Part shown: piece by piece, positions 9,802 to 24,800 of the stretch
Position numbering within the stretch: position 1 is the first letter of the stretch
Layout of the letters: the number at the start of each line of letters is the position of its first letter
Origin: Podarcis cretensis
Lineage: Eukaryota
Length of the DNA stretch: 64,000 nucleotides
Assembly: GCA_951804945.1 (NCBI GenBank)
Contig: OX638156.1
Location: 49,786,001-49,850,000 of the forward strand
Direction of reading: 5' to 3'
The notes under the pieces: generated by a model
The model's database searches: none
Told to the model about the DNA's origin: nothing
The model's input: the letters and a program-made list of their open reading frames with translations, nothing else
Position numbers and translations under genes: made by a program

Positions 9802-12800
9802 TCAGTCCTGTGGCTCCTTTCGGGAAGCTGCTGGGAAGGGTGGCTGTTTCTTGATTCCAAACAAGGTGGAAATCTTCAGTTGAATCAGCTGCAACATGGA
9901 TTCCTCCTTGCTGGCCTGTTGTGATGAACCGAGAGAGAGAGAGAGATGCCTTATATATGAACTCGGATCCTGAGGGGTGGCTGCGGCACAAGCAGCTTCT
10001 CATGAAGGCTTAATTGCTTGAAGCTTGGCTGGTGGCTGGTGATGAGCAGCACCAGCCGCTTGGGCTTACACCTACCTTGGCAGCCTTCATCTCCCGACTG
10101 AAGGTCGTCAAAAGGGCAGAGACAAACAGGTTGATGATCACAAACACCATGGAGATGACGCTGGTTACAATCAGCACAGCACCAAACACAGGGTCCACAG
10201 CAATGACCTAAGCATGAAGAGCACAATTATGTCCCCTGTGTCTATATATGCACTTAGCAGAGAGCTGTTGGCCGTGCTGTGCTTTGCAGGGCACAGGGAA
10301 GCATGGCATTCTAGACCCAGAAAGCTGAAATCCATGCAGGTCTCTCTGGGTGCTGAGCTGGGAGCTGAATGGGGCTGGGGGTCTGCTGTGATCTGTGGTG
10401 TGCTGGAAGGGCAGCCTGGCAGTGTGCCTGGGCCTAAAGTGGGGCTGCATGGCACTCACCTCTTCATAATTAAAGATTCCAATGAGAAGCCCTACGATGG
10501 TCACAGCTGAGTTAAGGAAGGTCTTGTAGTCATCTACGCTCCATCCAAACATGAGGTTGCACTGATGGCAAGAGAGTGAAGGTGATGTAGGGGGAGGGGT
10601 ATAAGGACACAGGAAGGGGGGGCTCTTCCCTCCGCCCTTGGTTGGTTTCCCTGCAGTTGGCAGGTCTCTTCTTACCACAATGGCGTAACCCACAAGCAGC
10701 ACCAGAAGTGTGAGCAGGAAGCCCAGGACCTCATCCCAGGCTTTCTGCAGTGTCTGTGTGATGAGGTGCATTCTGGGATTTAGGCGCAGGAGGTTCCACA
10801 GCTTGATGGTTGTCAAGGCCACCAGAAAAGCAATGAGGTATGTCAGAGCAGAGTCAACTTCCACCATCTCATAGAAGCTGATGAACCTGGCAGGGGTGTG
10901 GAGGGAGATTTGCTTTAGGGTGTGTGAAAGCCGCCTCTGCTGAGTGGGGGTCTGCCCCTGCCCCTTGTTTCGGATGGTAGACACTCACTTGTTGCGGTCT
11001 TGGCGATGCTGCTTCAGGATGCCTTTTGCCAGCACGCGCCTCTTCACATAAAGGCCAATAGCTGCCACACTTATGAGGATGGTGCTGGCATCCAGCAGGT
11101 TTCTCTTGCTGCTGAAGTACTTCCACTTCTGCTGCTTCAACTGCCGGCCCTGCTGGCCCCATGGAAGAAGCAGGCTTGACTCAGGCAGCCACATGTTGGG
11201 GGGGGAATGCAAGTGGAAGGAGCAGTGGTGGTGTGATGCTCTTTCTCTGGCAATACAGCAACCTCCACACACTACCACCCTCTAAAACAGCCTTTCTCAA
11301 CCTTGGGTCCCCAGATGCTTTTGGCCTACAACTCCCATCATTCCTAGCTAGCAAGGCCAGAGCTCAGGGATGATGGGAGTTATAGTCCAACAACATCTGG
11401 GGACCCAAGGTTGACACTGCCCTAAAACAAGGGTGGGATGACCCTCCTGCAGCACTCCAGGTGCTGCTGGAATCCAAATGCCCAACTGCTCTAGGCAGCC
11501 AATGGCAATGGTCAGGAATGATGAGAGCCTAGCAGCACCCAGAGGGCCCCCGCAGGTTCCACATCTCAGCTCCCCTGAGCTGGTGCTGGCTGATACCTCC
11601 CGCTAACCCTCGGCACCTTGAGAGTGCTGGCTAAAGCTGATGGAAGTTGTAGTCCAGCAATATCCGGAGGGTGCTAGGCTAAGGAAACTAAGCTGGCTCA
11701 CCTGCACAAAGATGTAGTATAGTATGAGCAGGAGAAAGGTGATCTGGGCACAGATAAATTGGAGGACGAGCTGGAGGTCTGGATAGAGGCGGAGAATTTG
11801 CAACTCTGATTTGCTGAACAAGGCCCCTGCCACAGAAACAGGCACAGGGTCAAGCACGGAGGCTGCAAGCAAGGCTGGTTCCCAGGGAGAGGGAACGCCT
11901 TTTCTCCTTCTCCCTCCCCAACAGCCCCAGGACAGCCATCCTGCCTCTGAGGCCCATTGCAGGGCTAGGCCCCCTTTGTCTCTACTACACGCTCTTGCCT
12001 ATCCCATTGGCCTCCAAGATCAGTGTGACTGCGCAGAAGAGGTTGACATTTGCATTGTAGACAACAAACTCAATGAAGACGACTCGTGTGCTTCTGTCCA
12101 GCCAGTTGTTCCGTTCCAGATAGCGAAGGGTTCTGGTGGGGAATGGTGCAGAAAAAGTTGTACTGTGTTTCCACCTTGCAGTGGGAGAGAATTCTTAAGG
12201 GCTGCACCTAAATCTACTGGCGGCAGGGAAGAGAAACAACTCTAGTTTACTATTGCATGCCCTGCCCAGTTGATCAGTTCTCCCCCAAGTACCACCTGCC
12301 AGACTCCAGCTAGCCATGCCATATTCACTACTGTTAGCCAGGATTGTGGGTCTTTAGCTTTCACCTGCCTCTCCCACAGCTTCACCAGATCAGGAAATAG
12401 TGGGCAGAGACTGAGATACACCTGCCCAGAAAAAGCCCCTGGAGCTTTCGGGACCTGATGCCTGTTCTGCAGCTCCTTCAGTCCACATACCTCATGGCAT
12501 AGCTTTTGTTTCTGCCAAGGTTTGCCAGGTAGCCACTTCCCGGATAGAGAGCAAACTTCCCCCAGATGGGGTACTCTTGCAGGGTGCTCTCATTCTGGAA
12601 GACCCAGGCACTCGCCTGACCTCTCCCACCTGCAGCAGGAGGCCCCCAGCTGGCCGTGGGACCCTGCTTTCTCTCTTGGAGCGGGAGAAAAGCTGGCTCT
12701 GGCTTTGGCGGGGCTCCTGTGGCTCGGATCTGCCGTAGCCGCACGCTGCCCACAAGGAAAGAGTTTCCATCCATGGCCAAACCTGGGAGATCGAGAGAGG

Positions 12801-15800
12801 GTAGAAATGTGCTGCTTAGAAGCAAAACACACAGACGCACACCTGTTTGTACAGATGTGAAAAGCTGGGTAAATTTCAGGTTTCAGCTTTGGCAACACTG
12901 AAAAAGCCTAAAGAGGCCATGTTTTTATAATTTATACAGTGTGTGCCGCTGGGGCCACTGCCGGCACACCTTCCCTCACTTGAGGCTTCTGCCTTGAGCC
13001 TTCCCCACAATCCCTCCCATTGCAGTGAGTGAGCAGCAAAAAGAGACTTCCAGGCAGCGGCTCTGAGCAAGGGAAGGAACACTGTTTCAATTTATTCAGT
13101 CATTCATTTTGTGGTGACCCGCATAAAAGCAGTCACACACAAGTAGAATGCCCATAAGCAGAGGGCTGCCTGTATACAGAAGGATGTCTCTTTTATCTCT
13201 GTTCCTTGTGCTGCTCACCTTCAGAATTGCCATGGAGGCCAGGCAGCAAAATCACCCTGATCCACCCGTACAACTCCTCTGGGGTAAGGATGTCTTCCAG
13301 GTGGGATGTGAAGGTCCTCTGGAGGGCGTTGTTAAAGTAGAACTCATTGGGGCTTCTCTCGGTATAGCTGAGGACCATCAGCACAGCCAGGAACACAAGC
13401 TGCACTGGGTGTCAGAAAAGGGAAGTGGATCGAAACAATTTGTCCTGTTGGATTTTGCATCCCTACAGCCAGACGACGTGGGGAGAACAACCTCACAGGC
13501 CAAATTATAATCCCATCCAGATCTAAGCAACCCACCCGCTTGCAGGTATGATCGGGCGTAGCTAGCTGCTCCGACACCCGGAGCAGCGGGAGCGGGCGGC
13601 ACCGCCCATGGGGGCGCCGTGGTGATCCGCCTGGGGGGTGGCGTGGTGATCTGCCCATGGAGTCCGTTTTGGGCAGCGCAGGGCCCTGAGCCACTGCATC
13701 ACTCCCAGGAAAGACACGTGGCTTGGGCGCACTGCAGGCCAGGCCTCACGTTGTCACCCTCCTGCGGTGTGCCATTTTGTCACCCCCTCAGGAATGACAC
13801 GCGGGGCAGACCACACACACACCCCGCACACACACCCCTTTCTACGCCCTTGGGTATGATGTTCCCTGCTGGTGGTTTAAATTTTGCATATTACATCTGA
13901 AGATTTGTCATGAGCAGATTCTGCACCCACTCAGTTATGTATGGTTTATAGCAGTGGTTCCCAATTAGCTAATTACAGTGGTACCTCGGGTTAAGAACTT
14001 AATTTGTTCCAGAGGTCCGTTCTTAGCCTGAAACTGTTCTTAACCTGAGGTACCACTTTAGCTAATGCAGCCTCCCACTGCCGCTGTGTGATTTCTGTTC
14101 TCATCCTGAAGCAAAGTTCTTAACCTGAGGTACTATTTATGGGTTAGTGGATTCTGTAACCTGAAGCGTCTGTAACCTGAAGCATCTGTAACCCGAGGTA
14201 ACACTGTACTGAGGACCCCCTATTTTTCAAAAGCCAAGCCATGGACCCCCTACTTTTGAAAATTTTGCTAACTCTATGGTAGTTACCTGTGCAAAGCAAT
14301 TTTTTGATGAAAATGTAAGGTAAGCCCAATGTTCTGACATGGTATGCGACAGTTTTTTCCTATGTTCCTAGAAGTGACTGCCGCTCCCACCATTCTGACC
14401 TAGGCCTTGGTATCATTCTCTGTCTTGCTTGCTTCCTTAACCACTGATGCTTAGGAGTGTGAATGCTGAGCATATTTCACCCCTGCTTGGTGCGGGGAGG
14501 GAGCAGGAAGTGTTGCACAACCCATCCACGCCCTTACTGGCCTTCACGCCTGGTCTCACCTGCAATCTCTCTGATCAAGGAGTACAACTTCTTGTCTTTC
14601 AAGGCTCGTTCCTTTGGCCGCACCATTGGCTGGAGGGCAGGGGGTCTGTAAGCTGGGTCTGCCCAGTCTCCCCGCCCATAAGCTTCCAGTTGTAGGCCCC
14701 TTGCTAGAGGGAGAGGAAAGCTGGAGTCAGTCCCAACCAAGAGGAAAAAGGCCCCCTTTGGTCAGAGGCCACTCAGTCAGATGCCCTATCGAGCATTGCA
14801 GATGGAGGCGCGGGGTGGGGTGGGGTGGGGTTGGAGAGCTTGAATTACCTGTGACGAGGCCCAGGGCCCACCAGAGCTGCTGCTCCTGCCCCTTGTCCTT
14901 CCACAACTCCCTCTTGTGCAGCAGTGAGAAGAGGAAGGTCAGAGCCAACACCTGGGAAGGAGGGAGAACAGGGTTGCCATTGGGGGGGCCCCACCGGGCA
15001 GGTGTCTGGGGCCCCTCTTAGAAGAATATGCAGGAGGTGCCCCACCACAAATGGTTAGTAACACTACACGCATTACCAGTGCAGATTGGGGGAGAGATGG
15101 ACAAGTATTAAACCCAGAGTCTGGACTTAGGTGGGGTCTGAGGATCCTTGCAGACCTCTGACCCTGCTGTGTTGCTGCAGAATCACAGAACACCAAAGAC
15201 ATTTGTAGAGGCAGGGAGAAGAGGGGAGATGCTGGCTCTGGCAAGGGTGTGGGGAGAGGTTAGCTGCACCCCAGATAGGACCAAGTTACCTTCAGGGGCT
15301 GCATTACAAAGATGTTCTGTAGCACTGAGAGCAGGATGTTGATGGCCCAGTGCCCAGCCTCGTCCCTGCTCATTTCTAGGCTGTAGAGCACTGTGAAGAA
15401 GGCCGAAACCAGGCTGATGCTCCCCACTGTGAGCCAGCAAGCGAAGCTGAATCTCCTGGGGAGACAGTGGGAGAACGGCGGCCTCTCCTTGTCAGGGTCT
15501 TCAAGTGGGAAACTGCTGAGCTCGCTCCTGGGCCCGGTGGGCCTGAGACACAGAGACAGGAGAATAAATGGCACCTCAGCCTTTGGGAACACCAGTGGAG
15601 GGAGGGAACTCTGCAGTGGGGAGGGCAAATGTCCCACAGACCAAGCAGAAAAAGCAATAGGCAGTTAAGAAAAAGACCATTATTGGGTGGGCTGGGAAAA
15701 CTGGCTGGCTTTGGGTCTGCGTGTGACACGGGACCAGACGCGGAGTCCTCTGAAGATGAACCAGATACCCTATAGATCCAGGGGCCCTCCAGGTTAGTAC

Positions 15801-18800
15801 CTGATGAAAAACTCCTGGAACTGTCAGAACAGGAGGTGGAACAGCTCCCCCTGCCAGTCTCAGGAATCAGAGGCAGCAGTCTGCTTGTGAGGAAGCAGTC
15901 AGTGGCTGTGGTTGAGTGTAGTTTAGGAGACAAGAGTACATATATAAAGCCTCCCTAGTGAGCCTTCTAGTTGCAGGAAATAATACAGCTCTCTGGTGCC
16001 TTATTTCCTGATTCTCATCGCCCTGCCTTGCTGCATTGTACCTTGCCTGAACTCGACTGCGGTGGTGACCTTGTGCTGTTGCCTCACTCTGTTTCTGGGT
16101 CACATTTGAATGCTCTGCTGCATATGCAACCCCCATCCTCACTGGTGAGTCCTGGGGGGGGGGTAACTTCTATCTCCTGTAACTGTGACCTGCCTCCTCG
16201 CCCAGCCCCTGAAGGCATTCCCTGGAGTGTGAAGACATCTGGTTAGTTTCTTCCTGCAAGCTATTTCATGGAAGGAACTTTGACCTTAGCTAGGTGTGTT
16301 TCTTTGTGTACATACGTAGGGTGTGTACAGTAGATGCTGCAGAGTTTCACAGTGACTTACAAATGAGGATCTTGCTCCCCAAGTATTATTTTGGGTTTGG
16401 AGCAATCTCTGCCAAATTTGACCAGGAAATGGGGCCAGGAGAGTGGGGAAGAGATAGATGAGCGGAGCTTCCAGATGGGGGCTACCTGCCAGGCCCCTCA
16501 GGGCTGGGCCAGGGCTGGGCCTGCTGCTGCTCCAGGTGCTGCTGGACTCTTCGTAGTTGGTCCACTGCATGCAGATGGTCATAGGGGTTAGGGAAGCTGC
16601 ACAAATCCAGGCTGCAGAGCTGAGTCCCCAAGTCATTCAGCACATGGCTCAGGTAGCTGTGGAGGTTGAAGCGCCTCTCTGGAAACAAGTACAAAGAGGA
16701 ATCACTCTCATCCTCCAGAGCCTTAATTCCCCCTCATTTTTCCAACTGAGTCAAGGGTTGCTCAGCTCCCCAAAGGTGCAAGCTGGTGCACAGAGCATGA
16801 GGAAGGGTGGCGCACTCTCTGTCTGAGAGGAAGGGAGTGGTATTTGCATCCGTTGCCAAGGCAAGCTACTCTTACCCTGAGGGGGACCTTCCAGGTCCTT
16901 CTGGTGCTGGAGGTGGGACTCAATGAGGTCACACAGAGCAGCCACAAGCTCTGGTAGTTGCTCACAAGTCCCAGGGAACTTGTCCATGGCTCTGCACTGG
17001 CAGAGGCTGTTCTTGTAGAGGAAGCCCAGGGTCTCCTCCAGCTCCTGCAATGGAGAGAGCAGGGCAAGCACTCATCAGGGCGGAGGCTGACCGCTCAGAA
17101 CCTCTTGCTGACTGGAGGGACTTGTGAGGAGGGGGTCTCACCTGCTTGACTCGTGTGATGGGCATCACCTCCTTGGGGGGCATCACAGTCTGCAGGAGTT
17201 CGGAGCTGGCAGCCGGAGGCTTTGGGGCTGGAGGCTGGACCAGCTGGAAGATGTGGCTGATCAGTAGGCTCACTGGCATTAGGAAGATGGCTGTTTCCAC
17301 ACTCACCAGCAGCTCGTGCCAAGTCACCATAAAAGGCCCTGTCTCGGAAGCAGGGGGAAGAGAGGAGGGGCAGACAGAGACCTTCAGTCAGGAGGAGGGG
17401 GTGGCCAGAAGGATCACTGCTGTGGCTGAGGCAGTTTCGATGCCAAAAATGCTGGGCGGCGTCCAAAGGGGGACTCCCAGCTCCATTGTGAAGCTTAGAA
17501 TCCTCAGAGCAACTTAGAGACATACAAGCCCTATGCATGGAAGGTGGAGCATGGGGACAGGAGCAAAAATACAGGACTCTGCCTTGGGGGCTGTGAGCCA
17601 TGGCAAGTGGTGGGAAACCAGCCTCTTCCCTACCCCACCCACTCACCTGCCCCCAGCCCAGCGCCCACCTGCATCGTGTTGGGGTGGGGGACAAGGAAAG
17701 GCACTGGCTATGCTAGTCTCCAGCTGGCAGCTGACTCACCAGCCTCGGGGCTTCTGGACGCTGCCTCTTTTCTCCAGAACATGATGTTGATGAGGAAGGT
17801 GCAGCAGAGGAGGGCCAGGCAGCAGGAGAGCCTCTGCACACGGGTGAAGGGGCTCCAGGGCGAGCAGGTCACCACCGACAGCCACAGGTGCTCCTGCGTC
17901 AATTTGTCCACCAGCCCTGACCAGAACTGGTACCTGGTGAAGTGGGATAAGAGATGTATTTGGTGGGGGCTGAGCCAGAGAGGGTCAAGGGCCAGGAGCA
18001 GGGTGGGACCTTTCCTGCTGCACCTAATTTCTGAATGGACAGGAGCTGGAAGCTGCATCACACTCTCTGACCTGGAAGGAAGACCCAACTCCCAGATGAG
18101 TGGGAGAGAAAGGCCCTCTCTGTGTATAGTCAAAGGAACTTTCTGCACTGGGTCTGAGATTTGTCATTCCAAGCAGATTCTGGGACAGAGCCTGCCGTTC
18201 CCTGACTTTTTTTTTTTTGATGTCTGATTATTGCTTTTTCACACAGGTGTTCTTAGCATAATTCAGTCAAAGGCAAGGTACCTGTTGGGTAAATCAGGGG
18301 CAGAAACACCCCAAGGGCAAAAACACATTCCAGAGATGCCACAAACTGGCAGGTGGTGGGTGGGTGGGGCTTATATTTACCTGAAGGACAGGAGATCCCT
18401 CTCAGAGGCAGCAGCAAAGACTTTATCCACATGGCCGTCATCCAGGTCAGCTGCCAGCCAAGAGTCACACAGGAAATGCCACTTCTTCTTGGCAGGCAGG
18501 TCACAGACAACCAGCCGCCTCACAAACCTGCAGGAGGCTCAGGCCTTTCAGTCATTTGCCCACACATGGGTGGCACTGCCAAGCAGTCATGTGGTGCCCA
18601 TTAGCTGCAGCCAAGGGATCTGCCCCCACTCCCCCATCACTCAAGAGCTACAGGTTAAAGGGAAGCAGTGGGGATCTTTTCCTTCTGCCCTCATCACCTT
18701 GCCAAAGCAGAGAGCTGCATGTGGCTTCCTTCAAGCACAAGGGAAGCTTTGCTCCAAGTTAACCTATACATAAAGCGTCGTTTGCCCAGCAGCTTTGGGA

Positions 18801-21800
18801 AAAGACTGGAGATGGAAAGGTATTCCCTCCCTGATGTATCCTTTATGTTTGGGGGTTCAGACCAAAGGTGGGTCATAATGCATTATTTTACATGACAATG
18901 TGGCCTCTGGAGCCAAAGCTGGCCTTTAACATGGTGAGCATAAACCTTGGGTGGGACAAGACATGCCACAGTTCCATCGTCCCCCTGAAATGTCCAACTG
19001 ACCTGCAGCTAGTTTTGCTACAGTTGGACAGGGATGTTGTGAATTTCTTCAGCATAGGCTTGAAAGAGGTATCTTTGAGGACCTGAGAATTCTGCATGTA
19101 TCCAGGTCCTGGCAGCACAACCCCATGGCATGGGAGGACTAGGTATGCCAGCTGCAGTGTCCCTTCGCCTACTAGCATCTGATAAGGTCTGGTGCTGCCA
19201 ACGGACTCTCCCACACCAGTCATGTGCTTCCAACCTCCTCCTTGCCTGGCATCCAGTTGCAGTCTGGTTCACTCTAACCCCACCCTCTCGGCCCCCACCC
19301 TCAGCCCTCGCTGGGCCATGGACTTACCAGCTGGGGTTAGGCCCAGTGTTGTCGTGCCAGAGGCGGATGGCGTGGAGGTTGCCCAGGGACTTCTGAGTGG
19401 CAAGGAGGAAGGCATCCCGCCCACCTCGCTCAAAGGAGGGCCCCTGGGGGTGCTGTAGCAGGTGTGGCTCACTCCGGCCCTCTGCCCCATAGAGGGTCAG
19501 GATAACCTCAAGCCAAGGAGGAAGAAGGGGTTAATCAAGGAAAGGGAAAAGAGGGTGGGTGCTGGGTGGGGTTCATGGATTCCTTCCTTTCCTCAGTTCC
19601 TTGCCCAAGCAGGGAGCACATGAAGGATGTCATCAAAGACAGGCTTTTGCACCCCACACACCCACTCCCCGATAGGGAGAGATCTGCCAGACTCGGCCCA
19701 GATTCTGTGGGCAGGAGCCTGAGGTCACGGAACTTGATGGGCAGCACTTGTAGCATCAACAGTACAAAGTGGGCCTGCAGGAAAGTGAGACCCTCCCCTA
19801 CCTTAGCAGAGGTCCCAGCCCCTCGGCGGTAGCCTGTGAAGACTTGCACCAGGTAAGGGAAGCAGGCGGTGGCCTCATTATCTGCTAGGATTGTGACCTT
19901 CACCTGGAGGGGGGAGAGACACACATGGGGTGGGTGGCCCTAGAAATGGCCAAGCCCCACTTCAGCAAGTTGGCTTTTCCAGGGTGTCTGGCTCTCAGCT
20001 GTTTGCTGGATAAATATCTCATTGTTCCTCATTTCAGCACATCAGACAAGAATGGCCTGAATGAGGGCAGATGGGGGGAGTGTCTCTGGCCTGCAAATGC
20101 TAATAACCCCAAACAACCATCATAAATCTTTTGCTTGCCCTTTCCCCTCACCTTCTTAACATCCGTTCTCTGTCTCCATCGAGCCCAAACAAGGGCAACT
20201 CCATAGCCCAGCAACAAGCTGCTTAGCAAGGCCAGCCCGGAAGGGTTCTGGCCCACAGTGCTCAGGAGCTTTGCAGTGTTGTGAAGGTCAATCAGGTGTG
20301 GCAGGACCAAGGCGATGCACCCAAAGAAGGTGAGGTGGTTGCACAAGCACTGGGTGCTATGGAGGGTGCTTTGGGAGCCCACCTGGGAGGGAGGGAGGCA
20401 CTGATGCATTAGAAACCAACACAGGAGGATGAGGTCCCAATAGTTCTGCTCCGTTTGGTTCCCCATGACATTCCGCCCTACTTTTTTTTCTCCCAGCATG
20501 GAAGCAAAGGCTTGCTTGCCTGCCCTGCAGCCCTCTGGCCTGGTTGACCCTACTGCATACCCGACATCCATCACTTCTCCAGGCCTGATGCTGGCTGGAC
20601 CAGTAGTAGCATCCGGAGATGATGGTGTGAATGGAGAGGTTCCAGGGGCCCTGAGAGAGGGGAGCCACCTCTGCAGAGATGTAGTAGGTGCCCAGGCCAT
20701 GATGCTGCAGCTCCTCTGGAGGAATCACCCATGTGTAGGTATCCTCTGAAGCAAGAGCATGAGTCAAAGAGAGCAAAGAGGGACCACACCCACTGACCTC
20801 ACCCACACATTCCCCCACTGGGGGAAACAGTCCTGCCTGGCCCCAGCTCTTCAAGCCCCTCCCTCTGTGCCTACTCCCAGGTGCACAGATTTAAATCAAA
20901 GTGGTTTGGTCAATTATGTAAATAAAGAAACGGGCTGATTTAACTAAGCGATTTAAATCAAATTTCCCATTGATGTTTCCCACAGTGCAAATCTGACCAC
21001 TACACCATGTTAATTTGCAATTAAATGAATTTAATGGGCAATTAAATAATTGAAACACAGCTGATTCAATCTGTATACTTTTGCAACTTTCCCTTTTTAT
21101 TTATAGAGGTAAATTGTTCCCGTACAGCAGGCTTCCTCAAACTCAGCCCTCCAGGTGTTTTTTGGCCTACAACTCCCATGATCCCTAGCTAGCAGGACCA
21201 GTGGTCAGGGATGATGGGAATTGTAGTCTCAAAACATCTGGAGGGCCGAGTTTGAGGAAGCCTGCCATACAGGTCATGTCTTATGGTTGAAACCCAGAAC
21301 AGCCGGTGAAGTTAACAGCTCAAAGCTATGCCCATTTACCCGAGAGTTACCTCACTGAACTCCAATGAGACTTACTTTTAAGGGGATACATGCAGCATTG
21401 TGTTGTATGTATGAGCATAAGAAGAACTTGCTGCATCAGGCCAATGGCCATTCTAGTCCAGCACTATTCTCCTAGAGGTCAGTCAGATGCTCCAATAGGA
21501 AGTCCCAAAGCAGCACCTGCCCTCTAGCTTCCTTCTAACAAGTCCTCACCCTCTTGCCATCCGCTGCTGGACAGGGTGGTGTTGAGGAGGCTGCTGTTCT
21601 TGTTGGGCTGAGGTCGGAGGCCCAGGTGCAAGGTGATCTGGACCACTGTGCTGGATTCCACCGATACTAGCAGGGCATCCTCTACTGATGTGATGTTCAC
21701 CACAATGTCAAAGTTCCTGACGTTGCCAGTCAAGTGAGTGTGAGGGGCCTCAGCACTAGCCTCAGCACTGAGCCCAATCTGGAAGCAGACAGAATGCCTA

Positions 21801-24800
21801 TGGTCAGCCCTGCAGTCCGTCCGTCCCCCCACTGGTCCTTGAGCACATACTGTCTCCCATCAGGCCATACAGCACAAAGGGCTTATCTCTGATCCAGAGC
21901 CGGACCTTGGACAGTGCTGCTTCTCCATGCCACTTGGGTGCTGAGAGAAGAGTCCCCCTGATGAGAGAACTTTCCAGTACAGTATCCATTCTCACCTCTA
22001 TTTCCTCTGCAAGATTGTGGACACCGATGGACTCTTCGCTGGCCATGAGAGCGATACTTGCCGTCCTTTTGATTGGCTTCTCATCCAGGTGCCGGAAAGG
22101 GTTGAATGCAAAGGAGGCCACCTAGAGTGAAGATGAGAGCAAGAGCGAGCTGTGGGGGTGCCCTCTGCCCCATCTCCACGCCCTGCCAGCCCTGCACTAT
22201 GTCCCCCTACAAGGACCCAGTGGACAGCAAGCCACTACCACCTTACCTGGACTTGTACATGAGGGTGCTGGCTCAGAACTGGCTCCAGAGCAGAGCTGGA
22301 TGGGAAGGTTACATTCAGGCCCCTTGGCTGAAGCAGGTGGAAGGAGGCATGGGGCAGGGAGGCTTTGTCACACCTGGTAGGGAGTGGGGAGAGGGGTTAC
22401 TGTTGAAAGTTTGAGTGCAACTCCATTTTCAGAAGAGGGGTCTTGCGTAGGTTAGGACAGATAGAACAGAGTTCAAGACCTCCAGATTCCCAGACTACCT
22501 TTGTGTCATTAACCTCTTCAGCTCACCTCTCTATCTCTTTTGATATTCTCAGGCTGCACTCTGTTTCACAACTTCCTGCTCCTCTCACATTTCTCTCTCC
22601 AAGAAGAATTATCCTCTGAGATAAGACAGGAGCCAGCATGGCTACCATGCTCTAGTACAGACTTGTTAGGCTAGAACTTGGAACTTTTCTATCCAACTAT
22701 GTGGTTAGAGTGCGAGACATGGACGTGGGAGACCAGGGTTCAAATCCCCGCTCAGCCATGAAACCCAATGGGTGACTTTGGGCCAGTCACTATCTCTCAG
22801 CCCCAACCTACCTCGCAGGGTTGTTATGAGAATAAGATGGAAAAAAGGAGAAGTCTGTGAGCTATCCTGAGCTATTTGGAAAAAAAGTGGGTTATAAATG
22901 TAGTAATAATTTTAAAGATAATGTAATAGACTCCTTTATTATTTATCTTAACTACAAACATCCCTGTGTGTGAGACTGTAACTCATAAAAGTCTGTCCCC
23001 TAACCAAGATGCATTCTCTGAACAATGTCTTACTCTGCGTACCAAAAGGATTCCAATAGGTAATTGGCAACCAAACAATTCATTCAGTTCCCCAGCTGCC
23101 CTGAGCAAGCCCCCCCCCCTTCTTCAGTGCCTAGGAGAGAGGAGACTGGTACCTGCTGAGGGTGGTGCTGAGCACAGGAGACACCACAGTTACTGTGGAT
23201 TCCTCCATGGTGGAGCTTCCCAACAGGAGCCCCGTCTGGATCAGAGGAAGGGCTTCCAATGCTGTTTCCAGGACCTTTGGTTCCTGCTGCAGAAAAGCCA
23301 GGTGTGGTCAGGAGCTGGGCAGAGCCAGGGTGGGGAGCCGGGAAGCTCAGCTCCCTTCCCATGGGCTCAGAGCAATGGGAAGGCCTGGACAAAAGGGGGT
23401 GCCTTCAGAATGAGACCCAGCCATGCAGCAGGCCTGAGCTGGCAACCCCATCCTTCTGAATAGCCTCCTCCACCCGACCCCTGCAGGTCCTCTTTCTCCC
23501 CCACCTGTTGCGGGCCGAAGCTGGGTGTCTGGCTGCCTGAGGCTTGGAGGAGGTTGCTGAGGGCCTGGAAAAGAGCCTGTGATGCGAGGTCTAGGCAGGA
23601 GGCATTGCTGGCAGGGTGGTCCCTCAGTAGCTGAGAGCTCAGGGAGAGGAGTGCCTGGCTGGCAGAGGCCTGTAGGAACAAGGCAGGGCTGGTCATCTGG
23701 CGGGGCTGATTTGGGGGTGCAAGGGCGAGGCTGGCTGTGCCAAGCGGCAGGCTTGCCTCTGTACATAGCCTGGGTAGAGCCTGGTTCAACCAAGGACTGG
23801 GAGAATAGGCCGCAGTGGACAGACCCTTAGATCAGGGGTGCCAGCCACCCACCCTCCCTCCCTCCCTGCCACATGCCAGTACCTGGGCATCGTCTGAGAG
23901 CAGAGCATGGAAATTTGTCAAATTCTCCAGCATCCGGGCTGCCTGCTCCAGTGCCATAGGGTGGTCTGGAGTCTGCACAGCCTGGCTGAACTGGTGCAGC
24001 ACCTCCTCTAGGGCCTGTGGGAAGACCCTGAGTGAGGGGCTGGGGGAGAAGGGGGCCTGGTTGCCCTATTACGCTGTCAGTGAGCCTGCAAGTAGAACTT
24101 ATCGCTAAATCTCTAATTCTAGGAAGGCTCCTCTACCCTATAGGGGGAAGAACTGAAAAGGCAGCTAGGCGGGAGGGAGCCACACATCCCCCCACACCTC
24201 CCCAGAGCCACTTGCCCCCCTTTCTGCTGTGGGCAAAACCAGTCTGGAAATCACTCACTAAGTGACTTTGGATCCCTGGGAAATCACATACGAGTCACAC
24301 TCATCTTTGATCTGCACCTCAGCGTTGGTTTTTCCAGGTGCAAAGGAAGAATCCTGCAACGCACACAACACCCCCACCTCCTGGCATCTCCGGAGCAGGG
24401 TGTGGGGTATGGGACAGAGAGAGAGAGGAGAGCCTGTCTGGACAATGTGCCACCAGGGTGGGGGCAGGTGCCAGTCCAGATGTCTCCCTACCTTCCCCTG
24501 GTCCTCAGGGGGGAAGTCTCTAGGGCTGAAGGTGAAGGAGTCCAGGCTGGTGTTGGACTGGTGGCTTTTGGTACCCCCCGAGGTGGTTTTGCTGGTGGGC
24601 AGCGGCTGAGTGCTGGGCCCTGGGGCTGAGGTCTGAGAGTTGGGGCGGGTCTGGCTGCTGTTGCTGGCTGGCCAGGTGCTGGATGCCGACTTGGGGCTGC
24701 TCGGCGGATGGCGGGGAGTGCCGAGTTCTGGCCTGGTCCCAAGGAATGACTGGATGTCAGCGGTGGTCGGCTGGCGAACTGTGCTGCTTCCTGGAGGAGC

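Noticed and set aside
13976-14206. Short repeated taacctgaagc units resembling a spaced array
   Set aside because: Internal repeats of a Tc1/pogo-type MITE present three times; eukaryotic DNA, not CRISPR.
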